The notes: a model not told the origin generated them from the letters alone. A DNA stretch of 63,744 nucleotides, filler included, from Octopus bimaculoides (GCF_001194135.2; 7 parts of 7 records of this genome joined end to end with filler, not necessarily neighbours in it); one strand, 5' to 3'; shown: positions 1-13,450, counted from the whole stretch's first letter. Numbers and translations: made by a program.

Positions 1-55
<55 letters not shown>

Positions 56-69
56 TGATGATGATAATG

Positions 70-125
<56 letters not shown>
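1..125. repeat. (AAT)n microsatellite with a few GAT variants
   Basis: Direct reading of the sequence. Confidence 0.98.
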
Positions 126-203
126 CACAGCACATACCCAAGGCGCACAGAGCTGCGCTCGGTAGTGAAGTGAAAGCACGTTATAAAAATAAAACTACTG
201 AAC
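126..203 (+). mobile_element. 5'-truncated 3' UTR of an R4/Dong-like (REL-endonuclease) LINE embedded in (AAT)n
   Basis: Near-identical to the reverse complement of about 58724-58803, which continues into the KIALLGTAHILRKTLSIQ* C-terminal motif. Both flanks are AAT repeats. Confidence 0.75.
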
Positions 204-239
204 AATAATAATAATAATGATGATGATAATAATAATAAT

Positions 240-390
240 TTCTCCAAGACACCTGGTGAAGGCTGGAGAGTATATCAGCCGAAACGTTGTGTTAACAACA
301 AACAAGTTGAGGACATATATCTGTCAAGTGTAAATAATATAAATAATGTAAATATTGTACATAATTCCTCATCTCTTAAATATAGAACTG
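240..390 (+). mobile_element. Short Penelope-like terminal repeat fragment carrying a minimal hammerhead motif
   Basis: Contains GACAC-CTGGTGA-A-GGCTG(10 nt)CAGCC-GAAACGTT-GTGTT. Minimal hammerheads are a known hallmark of Penelope-like element terminal repeats. Confidence 0.55.
248..293 (+). ncRNA. Degenerate minimal type I hammerhead ribozyme (core CUGGUGA, A6G)
   Basis: Stem I GACAC 248-252 / GTGTT 289-293; core 253-259; stem II GGCTG 261-265 / CAGCC 276-280; GAAA 281-284; palindromic ACGT stem III; GUU site. Confidence 0.6.
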
Positions 391-1499
391 GAGTACTTAC
401 ATATACCCAAAGGTATACCAGTGACTTGTATATGACGTTGAGGAAACAGACGTATATTTCATTGTTTTGAGTATCGGTGAGGAATACAACAGTTTCATGT
501 TGTTTAGCGGAATGGATAATTTGGGTTAGATGAGATGAATATGGTAAAGCGAGATAGCAAGATTAATTCGGGATATTGACACAGCTAAGATACACTTCAG
601 GGGTAACAATTACTGAATAACATTTGATGTGATCGGGTAACGGAAGCGTATATTATGAAATGAAATTTATAGAGAAGGCACAGTTAATTAATTACTAATT
701 TACATGACATTTTAATTTAGAATATTATTCAAAATATTCATGAAGTTATTCAAATTTCCCTGAGTGCCAAAACCCATGCTAAAATTGAAATACGCTAAAC
801 AGAACCGAAGGATCGAGGGTTTTAGATGATTCTCCTAGATATTATAATGTTTATAAGTCACTGGTCGAGGTACAGTTGACCACTTTCCAGCAGTGACCAC
901 TTCCCAGCACCCACACCACACACCATCATCTACACACCCACGCACAATCTTCGATAGCTTCACCACACGTACCATTATATGAGCAACCGCACACACTGTT
1001 TAACTCAGTACACACACAAGACACCATCATGCACACTCCCACAAGCACAATAATGGTCAGTCAATAAATTAGGTTTTACATGAAATTTCGACGTAAAAAA
1101 AACAACATCCAATCACTCTCAAAATTACCAAAGGGAGAAAACTAGAAATTTCGCCTCAATATTTCGTTTGTATCACAAAGACGGTAATTGAAGAGGCTAC
1201 AGTTATCTTGTAAAATACTTTAGCAAAAGCAATCAATAATTTATTCATTAATGAGTTAATTAATTGAATAATTACTTAATTAGCAACATCAATGTCACGC
1301 TAAACTTGGATCAGCCTTGTTTGAACAGGCTTATATTCAAAAGCATTCAAACCGAAACCATTCTGCTTTTTTGGGGTAAAGTATTATTTCATCAATCATT
1401 ACTCGTATGCTTATCTCCTCAGAAGTGATACGGTGTGCTTTCGTAAATCTTTATAGTAGACTGAGGCATCACGTATCGGCTTCCTAATTTACTCGCCTT

Positions 1500-1700
1500 A
1501 TTTCTCTTTTCTACAGGGCACAAGGTCTGAAGTCTCGGAAGAGTGCAGTGACCAGCGCGATTGACTGACTCCTTATTTTATCGACTCTGAAAGAAACAAA
1601 AATGGAAGTCGAACTCAGATTAATTTGAACTTGGAACATAAGGCTGGAGTAAATGCCGCTAAGCGCTCTGTCCGACGTGCTAACGCTTCTCCCAGCGCGT
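1500..1700 (-). mobile_element. SINE family B copy (aggcggtgagctggcagaa head), degenerate
   Basis: Similar to the reverse complement of the copies at 15693 and 58500 (ttattttatcgac...gaaa...gtcgaactc...atttgaact motif). Confidence 0.7.
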
Positions 1701-1741
1701 CGCTCGTTTTCTTTTATTCTGCTCGAATTAAATTTTTCACG

Positions 1742-1925
1742 GTGAGGAACTGGCAGAACCGCTAGAGCATCGGAGAACGTCCTTGCGCTAACTCTTCCGA
1801 ATCTTTACTTTCTGAATTCAAAGACACCGGTGTCAAATTTGCCTTTCATCCCATCGGAATCAATAAACACAGAGTACCACTGAAGTACTGCGATCGATAC
1901 TAACGAGTCCAACCTTTACCACTCG
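1742..1925 (+). mobile_element. SINE family B copy, degenerate
   Basis: ggtgaggaactggcagaaccgctag...tttgcctttcatcc...aataaa matches the family B head and body. Confidence 0.6.
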
Positions 1926-3524
1926 GTATCGTTGCTAGTGACTCGGGTTTACGAAACTCATCGGTATTTTTGCTCTCGTATTGATTTGTAAAAGCGTTCA
2001 GTTGTAAATTTCTGAGTAGCTTATTTCGTAGTGATGTTTTAATTAAGAATTATTAATTGCAGTAAGACATGATACTGTAAAACAAAAAATATATCAAATG
2101 TCGCAAGGGGAAATTGTAATCCAAGTTTTCTGTTCCCTTTTCTGACTTGTAAGGTTTGAGCGCATACATATAAGAACAGCTTTAAAATGTAATTTATATT
2201 AGGAACAGGCTGACATTGTGTACCCCGGTGAGAGAAGAAATAACATAAGAAAATAATGAAGTAAAATGGCGAATGATCTATAGTATTTCTGCGTAGCAAA
2301 AACGGCATCCATAGCAAATTTGTTTGCGATATCTTCTGTTCAAGATGAATGACATGCTTAGATAGTGCATATATATATGCGTTCATGTATGTGATAACCT
2401 CAGCGAATATATGTGACAATGTAAGCATGTACGTGTGTCTTTGCGAGCACGCATGTGCGAGAATGTGTTTGCATGAATATATGTCTGTATGGGTATGTGT
2501 ATATAGCTATGTGAGCATATATGTATGACGCCGAGGATTATGCGTGAATGCAGAAGAATGTATCTACGAGAATGCGTTGCACGTACGTGTAACTGAATGA
2601 ATATCTATGAGTGTCTATGTGATCATGTATATGCAACAATGTGCTTGCATCTATGTGTAACCATGTGCGCATGTATAACATTACATGAACGTGTATGTGT
2701 GTTTAGAGGCTTGCATGTGTGCACGTGTGTTTCTGTAAACGAATCAGATGATTGATAAATATGCGTGAAGGGAAATATTTGACCAAGAGAATTTAGAGGA
2801 TATTCTACAGGAAGTTACGGTTATAAGCCGGCTCAGAACGCTACTAAAAGGCAATTAGTTTGAGAAATTGGCAAATCAGATTGTCAAAGTTTTGGTATGA
2901 TTACTTGAATGGGAAACGAATGCAGACTGGAAATTCAAATTGTGCAAAAGGTAATTATATGACCTTTGCAGCATGTGAGTTCCACCATGTAATGGATGAA
3001 GTCTAGCGATGGTTAATGTACAGCTCATATCAAAAATATATAATCCAGTCGGTTTCAATCCATATAGACATGTTTGTAGACCAAAATCAGTTTGAATATT
3101 AAAGCATCATGTTTCATTGACGGAAACTTTGGACAAAAGTCTTTAGTAAAGGGAGCAGATATTGAAGGATATTCAGTATAATAACATATTTTAAATTCAG
3201 TTAGGGATATAGAAAATACTCTCATACAGAAATATAGTCAAAGCAGTTGTGTATGTAGAATGATTACTGACATCAACACTCAAGTCTTCTGAATTCTGAT
3301 ATATATAGAATAATAAAACGAGCAAAGGTTTCACTGTATCATAATCTTTTTCTAAAATCTACAGCTGTTTCAACAGTTAAATATGTACATGTAACTATTT
3401 TCATTAACGTAGGGAACTACATAATTAATCTTAATGTGAGGAGTAAAACCTCTCATCAGAAATTATGATTGAAATATAAGTCAAAATACTATTGATTTTT
3501 GTTCACCCCGACATAAACGAAGCA

Positions 3525-3528
3525 GAGA

Positions 3529-3600
<72 letters not shown>
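3525..3600. repeat. (GA)n microsatellite
   Basis: Direct reading. Confidence 0.95.
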
Positions 3601-3603
<3 letters not shown>

Positions 3604-4733
3604 GAACACGTTAAATTGATTATTCGAGATGACACAGAAACTGCTAATGAATGCTAACATAATGGAGTTAAAACTACAATTTCTTTTTTAAGCTCCCCAC
3701 GTACTTAAACTAAACCTTAACACAGAAAGTATTAAGATTGTTGTTTCCATCTGCATTCTGTATTAAACATATTATTAGCTATGATACTAAATTCTAAATG
3801 TCCAGCTACATGCCTTTAGAATTGATGTGGACTAGCCGCACAACATCTCGAACATAACCTTTCCCGCAGACGGAATGAAACTTGAAACTATAAACCGATT
3901 TACCATTCTTCGTTTTTGCATTACTATCCCAAATTGAAATGACAACTATTTATATTTAGAAAGCTATAGTTATTTATATACTTTCGCCATACACACAACA
4001 TAATTCAGTGACGATGTACGGACTTGTCTCTTAGTTACTAATTTGGAAGTCGCTCAAATCAACCATTTTTGTCAAAAGTGACAAAGAAGGAATTAGAGAA
4101 GTCATAACAGGTCAGCGACTTAAAACATTATATTTCTTTAACAATATAGCATGAGAATAACACAATGAAGTAAGACTTGTAACGAAATCATTATCATTGC
4201 TAATGAAGATAACACCATCATTTTGATAGCATTCAATGTACTTACAATAAAATCAATGAAACTCTTTCACTGCCTGGGTACATCAGTACATCATCTCTCT
4301 CAACCAAGTGAAGCCCTTTGTACGGCTTCAACATGCCTCATGCGACAGTGGTGGTTCTAGTGATTATATATATATATTCTATTTAACTTTGGGAGGTGCA
4401 TTATGCCTGTAATAATAAACACACGCACTGGTTCGGTCCTTTATTGTTATTCTTCTGTCTTGTTCGTATTTTTGCAATCTCTTAAGTGACATGTCTCTCA
4501 AATTGCATTTCTATTGAACTTATTGTTACAGTGTTAGGATGTGTCCGAAATCTGTCTGAGATGAGTATGTTAGTGTGTGTATGTAAGATCGCAGTTTTGG
4601 CTTTCTCTTTGCTCTCTTCTCAAACACACACATTCATCCATATGTCGTTTCTCTCAAAGACATAGGAAAGTCCCAAAGAAAAGAAAGACGGAGGAAAATA
4701 TATATATATGTATATCTCTGTGTGTGTGTGCGT

Positions 4734-5041
4734 ATGGATGTATGAGTGGCAATGTGGTAAGTGGCTTGCTTATCAGCCACATGGTTTCATGTTCAGACCC
4801 ACTGTGTGGCACCTTGGGCGAGTGTCTTCTAGTATAGCCACGGGCCGACCAGAGCCTAATGATTGGATTTGGTAGAAAGAAACTGAAAGAAACCCATCGT
4901 AAATATGTATGTACATATATATATATTATATTATATTATATTATATTATATTATATTATATANNNNNNNNNNNNNNNNNNNNNNNNNNNNNNNNNNNNNN
5001 NNNNNNNNNNNNNNNNNNNNNNNNNNNNNNNNNNNNNNNNN

Positions 5042-5072
<31 letters not shown>

Positions 5073-5328
5073 ATATATATATACATATATATATACGTAT
5101 GTGTGTGCATATGTTTGTGCGTCTCACCCCACCATCGCTTGACAATCGATGTTGCTGTGTTTACGTATCCATAGCTTAATGGCTTGGCAAAAGAAACCAA
5201 TGAAATTTGTTTCTTTTGCCGAACTAGGCTTATAAAAATAAGTACTGGGGTCTAGTTGTTCGACTAAAGGCGGTGCTCCAGCCTGGCTGTAGTCAAATGA
5301 TTGAAACAAATTTAAGAATGAAAGAATA
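4734..5328 (+). mobile_element. SINE family A (bipartite; tRNA-like head, internal microsatellite, conserved 3' half)
   Basis: Head gagtggc..gtggtaag..gcttgctta..ccacatggtt..gttcag.cccactg.gtggcaccttgggc, then TA-rich tract and gap, then 3' half ccaccatcgcttgacaa...gactaaaggcggtgctccagc...aaagaata. Same layout at 29083 and 30731. Confidence 0.85.
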
Positions 5329-5368
5329 TATATACATTTTAGTATGTATATACTTTATATGTGTGTGT

Positions 5369-5400
<32 letters not shown>

Positions 5401-6071
5401 ACGTGTGTGGACAGAGTGTTTTTGAAGTCATTTAGTAATAGAATTTCACAACAGAAAGATAATGTTGTGATAGTTTGCAGTAGCTGGAATGTGTTTGTAT
5501 TCTTCTTAATTTACTGTATTGTTGGGGATGTATTTATGTGTTTGTTTGGAAATTTAGTAAAATATTTTCTATGTAGCCTGTTTTGCATTATTCAGATTAC
5601 AAGGAATTGTCTGTCTACATTACATACATCTTTCTCATCATAGTCAACCACGTCAAAAACATACGAGTACCGTTCCAGGTATGTGGGTAACTTTCTTCCA
5701 CTGAGTCTTACGGTCAGAAAAATTTCATGCGTGCGTCATTACCGCCGTTTCCACGGGGTGAGAGACAAATTTATGGTAGAGTCACTGAAGAGAAAGTGAC
5801 TTACGTAGAATGGGCAACGATAGTTATTCATTTGTTCTTTTCTCCTTTTGCTTGTTTCAGTCATTTGGCTGTGCTCATGCCGGAGCAAACGTGTGGCTGT
5901 GATATATATATAATTATTACAAATTAAAAGGGTAAAGGATTAACAATTTATTAATTAATAAATCAATTAACAATTAACAATTTTTACCAAGCCCATCGGT
6001 ATGAAAGCACCATTATTGGTGGAGAACTTATTTAAAAGCTGATATATATTTATAAATATATATATTTATAA

Positions 6072-6112
6072 ATATAATTAAGGGATCAGCAAATATTTGC
6101 TGAACCCTTAAT

Positions 6113-6117
<5 letters not shown>
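6072..6117. repeat. 46-bp near-perfect palindrome
   Basis: ATATAATTAAGGG-A-TCAGCAAAT|ATTTGCTGA-A-CCCTTAATTATAT; one A/A mismatched pair. Confidence 0.9.
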
Positions 6118-6169
<52 letters not shown>

Positions 6170-6736
6170 GTGAGCATTGTGTAGAGTGTAGGTTGTAGAC
6201 TGAACTGTATGTGCATGCCAGATATACAGATCTCAACAGAGCCATTCGTTATGCACTGCAATCTTCTTCAAGGAACGCAACGTATTTTTATATCCACTTC
6301 TACTGCCATTTTGGCGCCTCTGGAAGTTCAACCTTCTTTTCCTTTTACTCTCATTTACGGTGTATTTTTGCCTTCGCTTATTATTATTACCGTTATCATC
6401 ATCACTATCATCATCACCATCATCATCAGCGCTTTCACCATCATCATCATCATCATCATCATCGTCATTGACATTATCATTGTTATCATCCTTATCATCA
6501 ACATCACCATCACCACCGTCACCACCACTACCTCCAACATCAACACCATGATGATCATCAGGATCATCATCATGATCGTTATTATTATTATTGTTAATAG
6601 TATTAGTAGTAGTGGTAGTAGCAATACTTGAGCGCAGTCGTTTGTAGTCATCTCATGTCTATAATCTATGACCAGCCTCGACATGTAATTGGACACCTTG
6701 AAGGCTTCACTTTATTTCATTTCATTTCCTTTGTTT

Positions 6737-6828
6737 CTTCTTCTTCTTCTTCTTCTTCTTCTTCTTCTTCTTCTTCTTCTTCTTCTTCTTCTTCTTCTTC
6801 TTCTTCTTCTTCTTCTTCTTCTTCTTCT
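6737..6828. repeat. (CTT)n microsatellite
   Basis: Direct reading. Confidence 0.97.
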
Positions 6829-6904
6829 TTATATTTTGTCAAATGATTCTTATCTGCAGGCAACGCTTTCCTCTCTTCAGAGTCTTCCATTTTGTTTTCG
6901 CTTT

Positions 6905-6939
<35 letters not shown>

Positions 6940-7974
6940 TTTTTAATCTCTTTAAGTTCTCTCTGATTCATTGCCGGTTTCAATGCGGACATGCATGAAA
7001 ATCCTCATTATTTTCTCATTAGTGCAATGTTTTGCTCGACTCGCAGTAAAACTAAAGACTGCGTTTCTCTTTTTTCTTTTGTTGTTCTATGATGCTTTCA
7101 TTGCTTCTTTCTTGTCTCCCCTTTTACTCTTATGATGTTATTGTTGCTGCTATTGATGTTAATGTTGCCACTTAAATTTGTTGCAGCTCTTCCTGGTGTT
7201 TTAGTTTTTCGACATAATTATATATGCTTACAACAAATATTGCTCCTTCTATGCCGCGCATTTTTAACAGGTCCATAAAGAATGTATGATAGCTAATTGA
7301 ATGCTTGAAAATATTATGAATTGTGTTTTGTTTGCTTTCTTATCGTTTTTCTTTTGTTTTCCAAGAACAATTCAGAAAAAAGCCTTCAGAAAAACATTTC
7401 CCATAAATTCATTTTAAAACAAGATACCGTGGTAGTTTATGATATGGTAAATTATCTCCAGCATTCTGCATCATTTCGATGCAAAGTTTCCCTTGAGCAA
7501 GAAAGCAAGATTTCGAAGATATCAAGAAAGAAATGCTAGTTTAAAATTCCGAGTTATGTAACCGTGAAATTTGTGACAAGTAAGCAACGTAAAGAGACAA
7601 ACAAACTGCCTAATATCTCAACACTTTGTCTTTCTTGTGTATCACAAGTGATACACAAGGCATATCACTGTGGACCAGGCATCATACAAGATGCACATTC
7701 CAAATTTTTGTAATCATCAGACGAACTCAGAGACTCATGCAAGAAAGTTTTATATAACTCAGAAGGCATGCAACAAGGGATAACTAAAAGTCTGAAAACG
7801 AGCATGGACGTTATGAAATTGCTTTGGATAGGCAAATGATTAATAAATAAGTCCTGCTTTGTTGCATGTTGATATTGTGATGTATCTCAAAGCTCGCCCT
7901 GGTCTAGCAGGCCTACAATCAAAGCCATTTACACAGAGAAATGTTCGTTCTTCCTGATACTTCCGTCTGTTACA

Positions 7975-8270
7975 GCGACGAGTATTCCTGGTGATTCGAT
8001 CAACGAAAAACTTGTTATAGGAATCGAATGTGCAAGTGTCAGAGTACTCCACAGACACTTGTATGCTTGACGTAATTCTCAGGGAGATTTAGCGTGACAC
8101 AAGATATGACAAGGTAGGCCTTTGAAATGCAGTTACAATCATTTTTTATCAAATGGGTGAACTGAAATAAAGTGTCTTGCTCAAGGAAACAGCACACCAC
8201 CGGATATTGAACTCACGACGGTACGAACGTGAGCCGAACACACAAATCTATAAGCTACACGTCTTCATAC
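7975..8270 (-). mobile_element. SINE family D copy (tRNA-like head, gtccttgagcaagacact body)
   Basis: Reverse complement aligns by eye with 13851-14160 and 35990-36318 (ctccacagacac...cagcgtgacaca...ccctttgaaat...gtcttgctcaag). Confidence 0.75.
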
Positions 8271-9217
8271 TGTGCTCATTCGTAGACACAAACACATACA
8301 TTCATACGCAGAAGAATCGTTCATTTTAATCAGGCGACGACGTCTTAAAAATCAAATCAGTTTCAATTCACACTTCGCCGGCTTTTTAAAAAAATGGAGG
8401 ACGTTTTAGATATCTCTTATCATGGATCTCTAAGTACAGACGGTATGAACACGGCTGAACCGATATCAGTCATAACTTTTCACGACCAGAGCAGACTTGG
8501 TGCTAAACAACAGAGACAACAAAACCAACAACAAAAAAGCAAGAGCCGCAACAGAAAACAGCACCAGTAGCTGCAGCAACAAAGACAAGAACAGCGTGAG
8601 CACTTGACAATAGAACCATCTTCAATGAAACAACCGATATTGTACAAAAGAAGCAACAAAAATATGAAAAATATTCATGGAACCAATACTTATTATAAAA
8701 CATAATATGAAACTTAATATAGAAAGAACACAATCTGATAGCAGACAGCATCAGTGAGAACATGTAAGAAAACAAAAATCAACAACGAAAGCAAAATCCA
8801 ATATCAACCAATGATAAACAAGAGATTTAAAGTAACAAAGAACAAAAAAAAAAAAGACAGCAAAAAAACTCTCATGTTTCTATGCTATTATTGGTAAAAA
8901 GGAAATACCAATCTACATCCTACAGATGGTAGGTTGAAGAGGAACAAGACACATTGATGTTTATATGGGTCTTGGGAAATTATTGATCCAAACAAGAGAA
9001 CATAAAACCATTATAAGTAAGAAAATATAAAGACGGAATGCAATGCTGCAAAAGAGAAGAAAAAAGCAAAAGAACTGTCACCAATGCGCACAGCATATAA
9101 AAGCATGCACCAATACACACAGGCACATACACACACACGTATACACACACATATATACGCGCACATACATGTATACATGCATATTGACGAATATGTAAGA
9201 AAATACATTTCTATGCA

Positions 9218-9255
<38 letters not shown>

Positions 9256-9698
9256 NNNNNNNNNNNNNNNNNNNTATATATATGTATGTATATATACATA
9301 GATAAATAGATAGATAGATACATAGATACATAGATAGACAGATTTATGTATATCAATCTATCTACTTATATATGTGTGTGAGTGTGTATGTGTATGTGTA
9401 CGTATGTATGTATTTATGTATAAGAAAATGTAGATATTAATATATATTATACATGTGTATGTAGTGTGTGCGTGTGTGTTTGTGCATGTACCAATGCATT
9501 ACAAACTGATATATAACTACTATTGGAGATTGAAGGCGTGTATGTATGCATGTGTTTTTTTTGTGCGTGTGACTTTGGGTAGATGTGTGTTTGGATAAAC
9601 ATTTAGAGAGTGACAAAAAATTGCGTTCAAATAGATTTGTTAGATATTCATATAATGATATGTAAATCGATAGACACGGAGAAGAAATCGTTGTACAT

Positions 9699-9731
<33 letters not shown>

Positions 9732-10237
9732 ATGGAGAAATTATACAAAATGTATAAGTACCGAGCACACATAGACATTTACTGATACATACTAACATAT
9801 ATATGTTTATATATATATTTATNNNNNNNNNNNNNNNNNNNNNNNNNNNNNNNNNNNNNNNNNNNNNNNNNNNNNNNNNNNNNNNNNNNNNNNNNNNNNN
9901 NNNNNNNNNNNNNNNNNNNNNNNNNNNNNNNNNNNNNNNNNNNNNNNNNNNNNNNNNNNNNNNNNNNNNNNNNNNNNNNNNNNNNNNNNNNNNNNNNNNN
10001 NNNNNNNNNNNNNNNNNNNNNNNNNNNNNNNNNNNNNNNNNNNNNNNNNNNNNNNNNNNNNNNNNNNNNNNNNNNNNNNNNNNNNNNNNNNNNNNNNNNN
10101 NNNNNNNNNNNNNNNNNNNNNNNNNNNNNNNNNNNNNNNNNNNNNNNNNNNNNNNNNNNNNNNNNNNNNNNNNNNNNNNNNNNNNNNNNNNNNNNNNNNN
10201 NNNNNNNNNNNNNNNNNNNNNNNNNNNNNNNNNNNNN

Positions 10238-10285
<48 letters not shown>

Positions 10286-10949
10286 TTATATATATGCATA
10301 TGCATATACATATATGTTTGTGTGTTTATGTGAGTCTTTGTGCGTGGGCGTACATGTGCATATGTGTATGTATGCCTGTCTTCGTGTATACATGTACGAT
10401 GGCCACTAGAAGAACTCAAATTTTTTACTTTATCGGTCAATTTCTTTAATAGTTGAGACGAGAAAAACAATGACTTCTTTCTGGCGCAGGAAGCAATTCG
10501 TAGCAATATATTCCAATCAGATCCCCGTACTCGTCGTATTTGACATGCAACAAATTGAATTCGTAAATCATATTTGGATTTGAGAATAGCAACTTTGCCA
10601 TAGAAAATTTTCACTCTCGAATGCATGGATTGGATATAACCGTTTCAGCAAGCGATTATAAGAGGCACATCACCAAATAAGTCACTTTTCCTTTCAGCCA
10701 ACCCATTCGAAATAAAATGTATATTTAGGTTTGACAGGAAAAAATTGGTACCGGCACATTAAATCTATAGCATTTAAAATATTGCTACGATCATTTAATC
10801 ATTGTATGTTTAAGCGTACAACTATATGCATCGTTACGTAACTCGCTTTGCCTTTATGGGATTTTCAAGTAATTTCCGCAACGTAAAACATCGCACAATT
10901 GTTTGCTACTATAGCCCAGGTCATCTAAGGCCGTAATATTTTTTTTCTT

Positions 10950-11125
10950 TCTTGCCCACAGGGGGCTAAACATAGAGGAGATAAACAAGGAAAGACAAAG
11001 GGATTAGGTCGATTACATCGACCCCAGTGCGTCATTGATAGTTATTTAACCGACCCCGACAGGATGGAAGGCAAAGTCGTGTACCGTGGATTTTGATCCC
11101 AGAATGTAACGGCAGACGAAATACC
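10950..11125 (-). mobile_element. SINE family B copy with 3' tail
   Basis: gcccacagggggctaaacatagagg...gattacatcgaccccag...gaaggcaaagtc; tail shared with about 49835-49890. Confidence 0.75.
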
Positions 11126-12128
11126 GCCTCGGCCGTATTATTGAAATTGCCACATGTAAACTGTATGATATGTCACCGCGTATGATATGTCACTGCCAAA
11201 CCAGCAGGGGGACACTGCTGACCTCCCCTGTTCGAAGGTTATAAAGGACACAGGTTTCGTGTGTCACATAGCTAGCTAGAGGCGATGGCTTCTTGGAGCT
11301 AATTCACGGCAGCTTTCGTCCTAATTTTGGGACTGCCATGTTGGCTTGGCGATAACTATTAATTTCCAGTACCGCTGCCGTAGTCTCCTTTAGAGAGACT
11401 TAGAAATATTAATAACTCTATATATATATATATATATATATACATATATATAAACACATTATATTTGTTTTTATATCTGTTATAGATATGTATATTTATA
11501 TAGTATATATATGTGTGCATATATATGTATTATATATGCATGTATATGATGTATATATGATAAATATATATGTGACGTATATTTCTACACACGTATATCT
11601 GATGTATATTTCTATATACGCATGCGTGTATATGTGTGAATATGAAGGCAATGAATTAAGTGATACTGAAGCAATTAATAAATGAAATAAGATGGAATTG
11701 GTAGGAATAGAGATATGAATGTAAAAGACAGAAATGAGAGAATAGAGAAAAGGAGAGAGAAAGAAACGGAAGAGATAGATAGAGAGAGAGACACAGACAG
11801 GCATAGAGACTGAGAGAAAGAGAGGCGGGACAGATTTCATGTCTCTAGCAAGACAGTGAATTAAGTGGAAGCGATTCCTGAGCTTTGTAGCATTATGATC
11901 AAATGTAACTTATTAATCAATGTGATTAGAATCGCCAATAACAATTCACTGATGTAATTGCGACCTCGAGGGCCACGCAGCTGAAATGGAAAATAAAAAA
12001 ACACAAAAGCAGAGACAAAAAGAAACCCCTTTGAACTTCTTCAGGCACTGTCTGATTCGGTTGCTACGGCTCATAATCATTGTATTAATGGCGTTATATT
12101 CTATTTAATTCTTTTTTTTTTTTTTGTA

Positions 12129-12710
12129 ATGGCGGTTTTTGCGTTTGGTGGTGTTGAAGTTAGTGATATGGGTGGTGATGCTGTTGGTTATGGTAATGAT
12201 GAAGACGAGGAGGTTGATGATCTTTGTGGTGATGTTGGCGCTGATGATAATGATGATGATGATGATGATGATGAGGATGAGGATAATGATGATGGTAGCT
12301 ATGATGGTGATCACGACGATTATGATCATAATCCTAAACATAATTATGAACATGGTGGTGTTGTTGATGATGATGATGATGATGATGTGGTGGTGGAGGT
12401 GGTGGTCGTGGTTGTGGTGGTATTGATGGTGGTGTTGGTGACACTTATGGTAAGGATTGCTTGCAGTACGGATGGCAAATACGATGATGATGACGGTGAT
12501 AATAATGCTTATGATGGCGTTATTGACGACGATGATGATGATGATGATGATGATGATGATAGTGGTGGTGGTGATGGTGGTGATGTTCATGATGATGTTA
12601 ATAATGATGAAGATTATGTTGATGATGATGATGATGATGATGAAGGTGATGTTGAAGATGATGATGGCGGTTATGACGATGACAATGATGATGTTGATTG
12701 TGATGATGTG
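12129..12710. repeat. Cryptic (GAT/GGT)n triplet tract
   Basis: Low-complexity tract that opens ORFs in several frames on both strands. Confidence 0.85.
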
Positions 12711-13129
12711 CTGACGCGGAAGACCATGCTCGTGTCATTAACACACCAGCGATTCTGATGAAGACAATGTTACTGATGGCATTTATGATGGTAATGGTTG
12801 TGATGACGATTGTTCTGAGACAGAATCAGTGCCAAGTCACCCAAAAATATATTAAAACATTAAGAAAAAAATCTGTAACACCAGCAACAACCTCAACATC
12901 AACAACGATATACACAACAACAACGAAATATCTGTTGTTAATTTTAACGGACTACAAAATTCACAAAAAAGTAATCACACGTAATGTGACAATTTATGAT
13001 GCCCCAATTGATTTCTTATTAGTTAGACATGTAATCAAATGCATTCCAACCATGACCATCCCGTATGTTGAAGCGTATGTAGGAATACTTAATTCAGTGT
13101 ACTGTCCTTTTCATATAACATTACAGACT

Positions 13130-13450
13130 CCCCTCCGTCATGAATGGCCATGGAATTGATCCTAGGATGTTCCTCTCCGAGGCACAATCTGGGCAAGGTT
13201 CTATTGAGGGAGACCAGCAATCGCTCATACATACCACCCTCCCTATCTACCCCACCGATGTGATCGGAAGGAAAGTAACGGCTGATACAACTTGGCACCG
13301 GTGATGCTGCAACTCATTTCTACAGATCAGTGAAGTGGAGCACGTGAAAGGACGAGTCTTGGTCAAGAATAGAATATACCGCATGGTCCGGGAATCGAAC
13401 TCACTACTTCATGATTATGAGCCCGACGTTCTAACCACCGAGCCATGAAC
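13130..13450 (-). mobile_element. SINE with family D-type tRNA head but a different body
   Basis: Head (cgggaatcgaactcac...gagcc...ctaaccaccgagccatg) matches 36240-36318; the body differs. Confidence 0.6.

Noticed and set aside
6209-6631. His/Ile/Ser-rich ORFs
   Set aside because: Translations of a (CAT/ATT) triplet tract, open in several frames on both strands, with no splice or domain support.
7634-7659. 12-bp perfect hairpin CTTGTGTATCAC-AA-GTGATACACAAG
   Set aside because: Short and isolated, with no associated element or motif.
12129-12758. 209-aa Asp/Gly-rich ORF resembling an acidic biomineral or shell protein
   Set aside because: Explained by cryptic GAT/GGT repeats; all frames are similarly open, with no signal peptide or exon boundaries.
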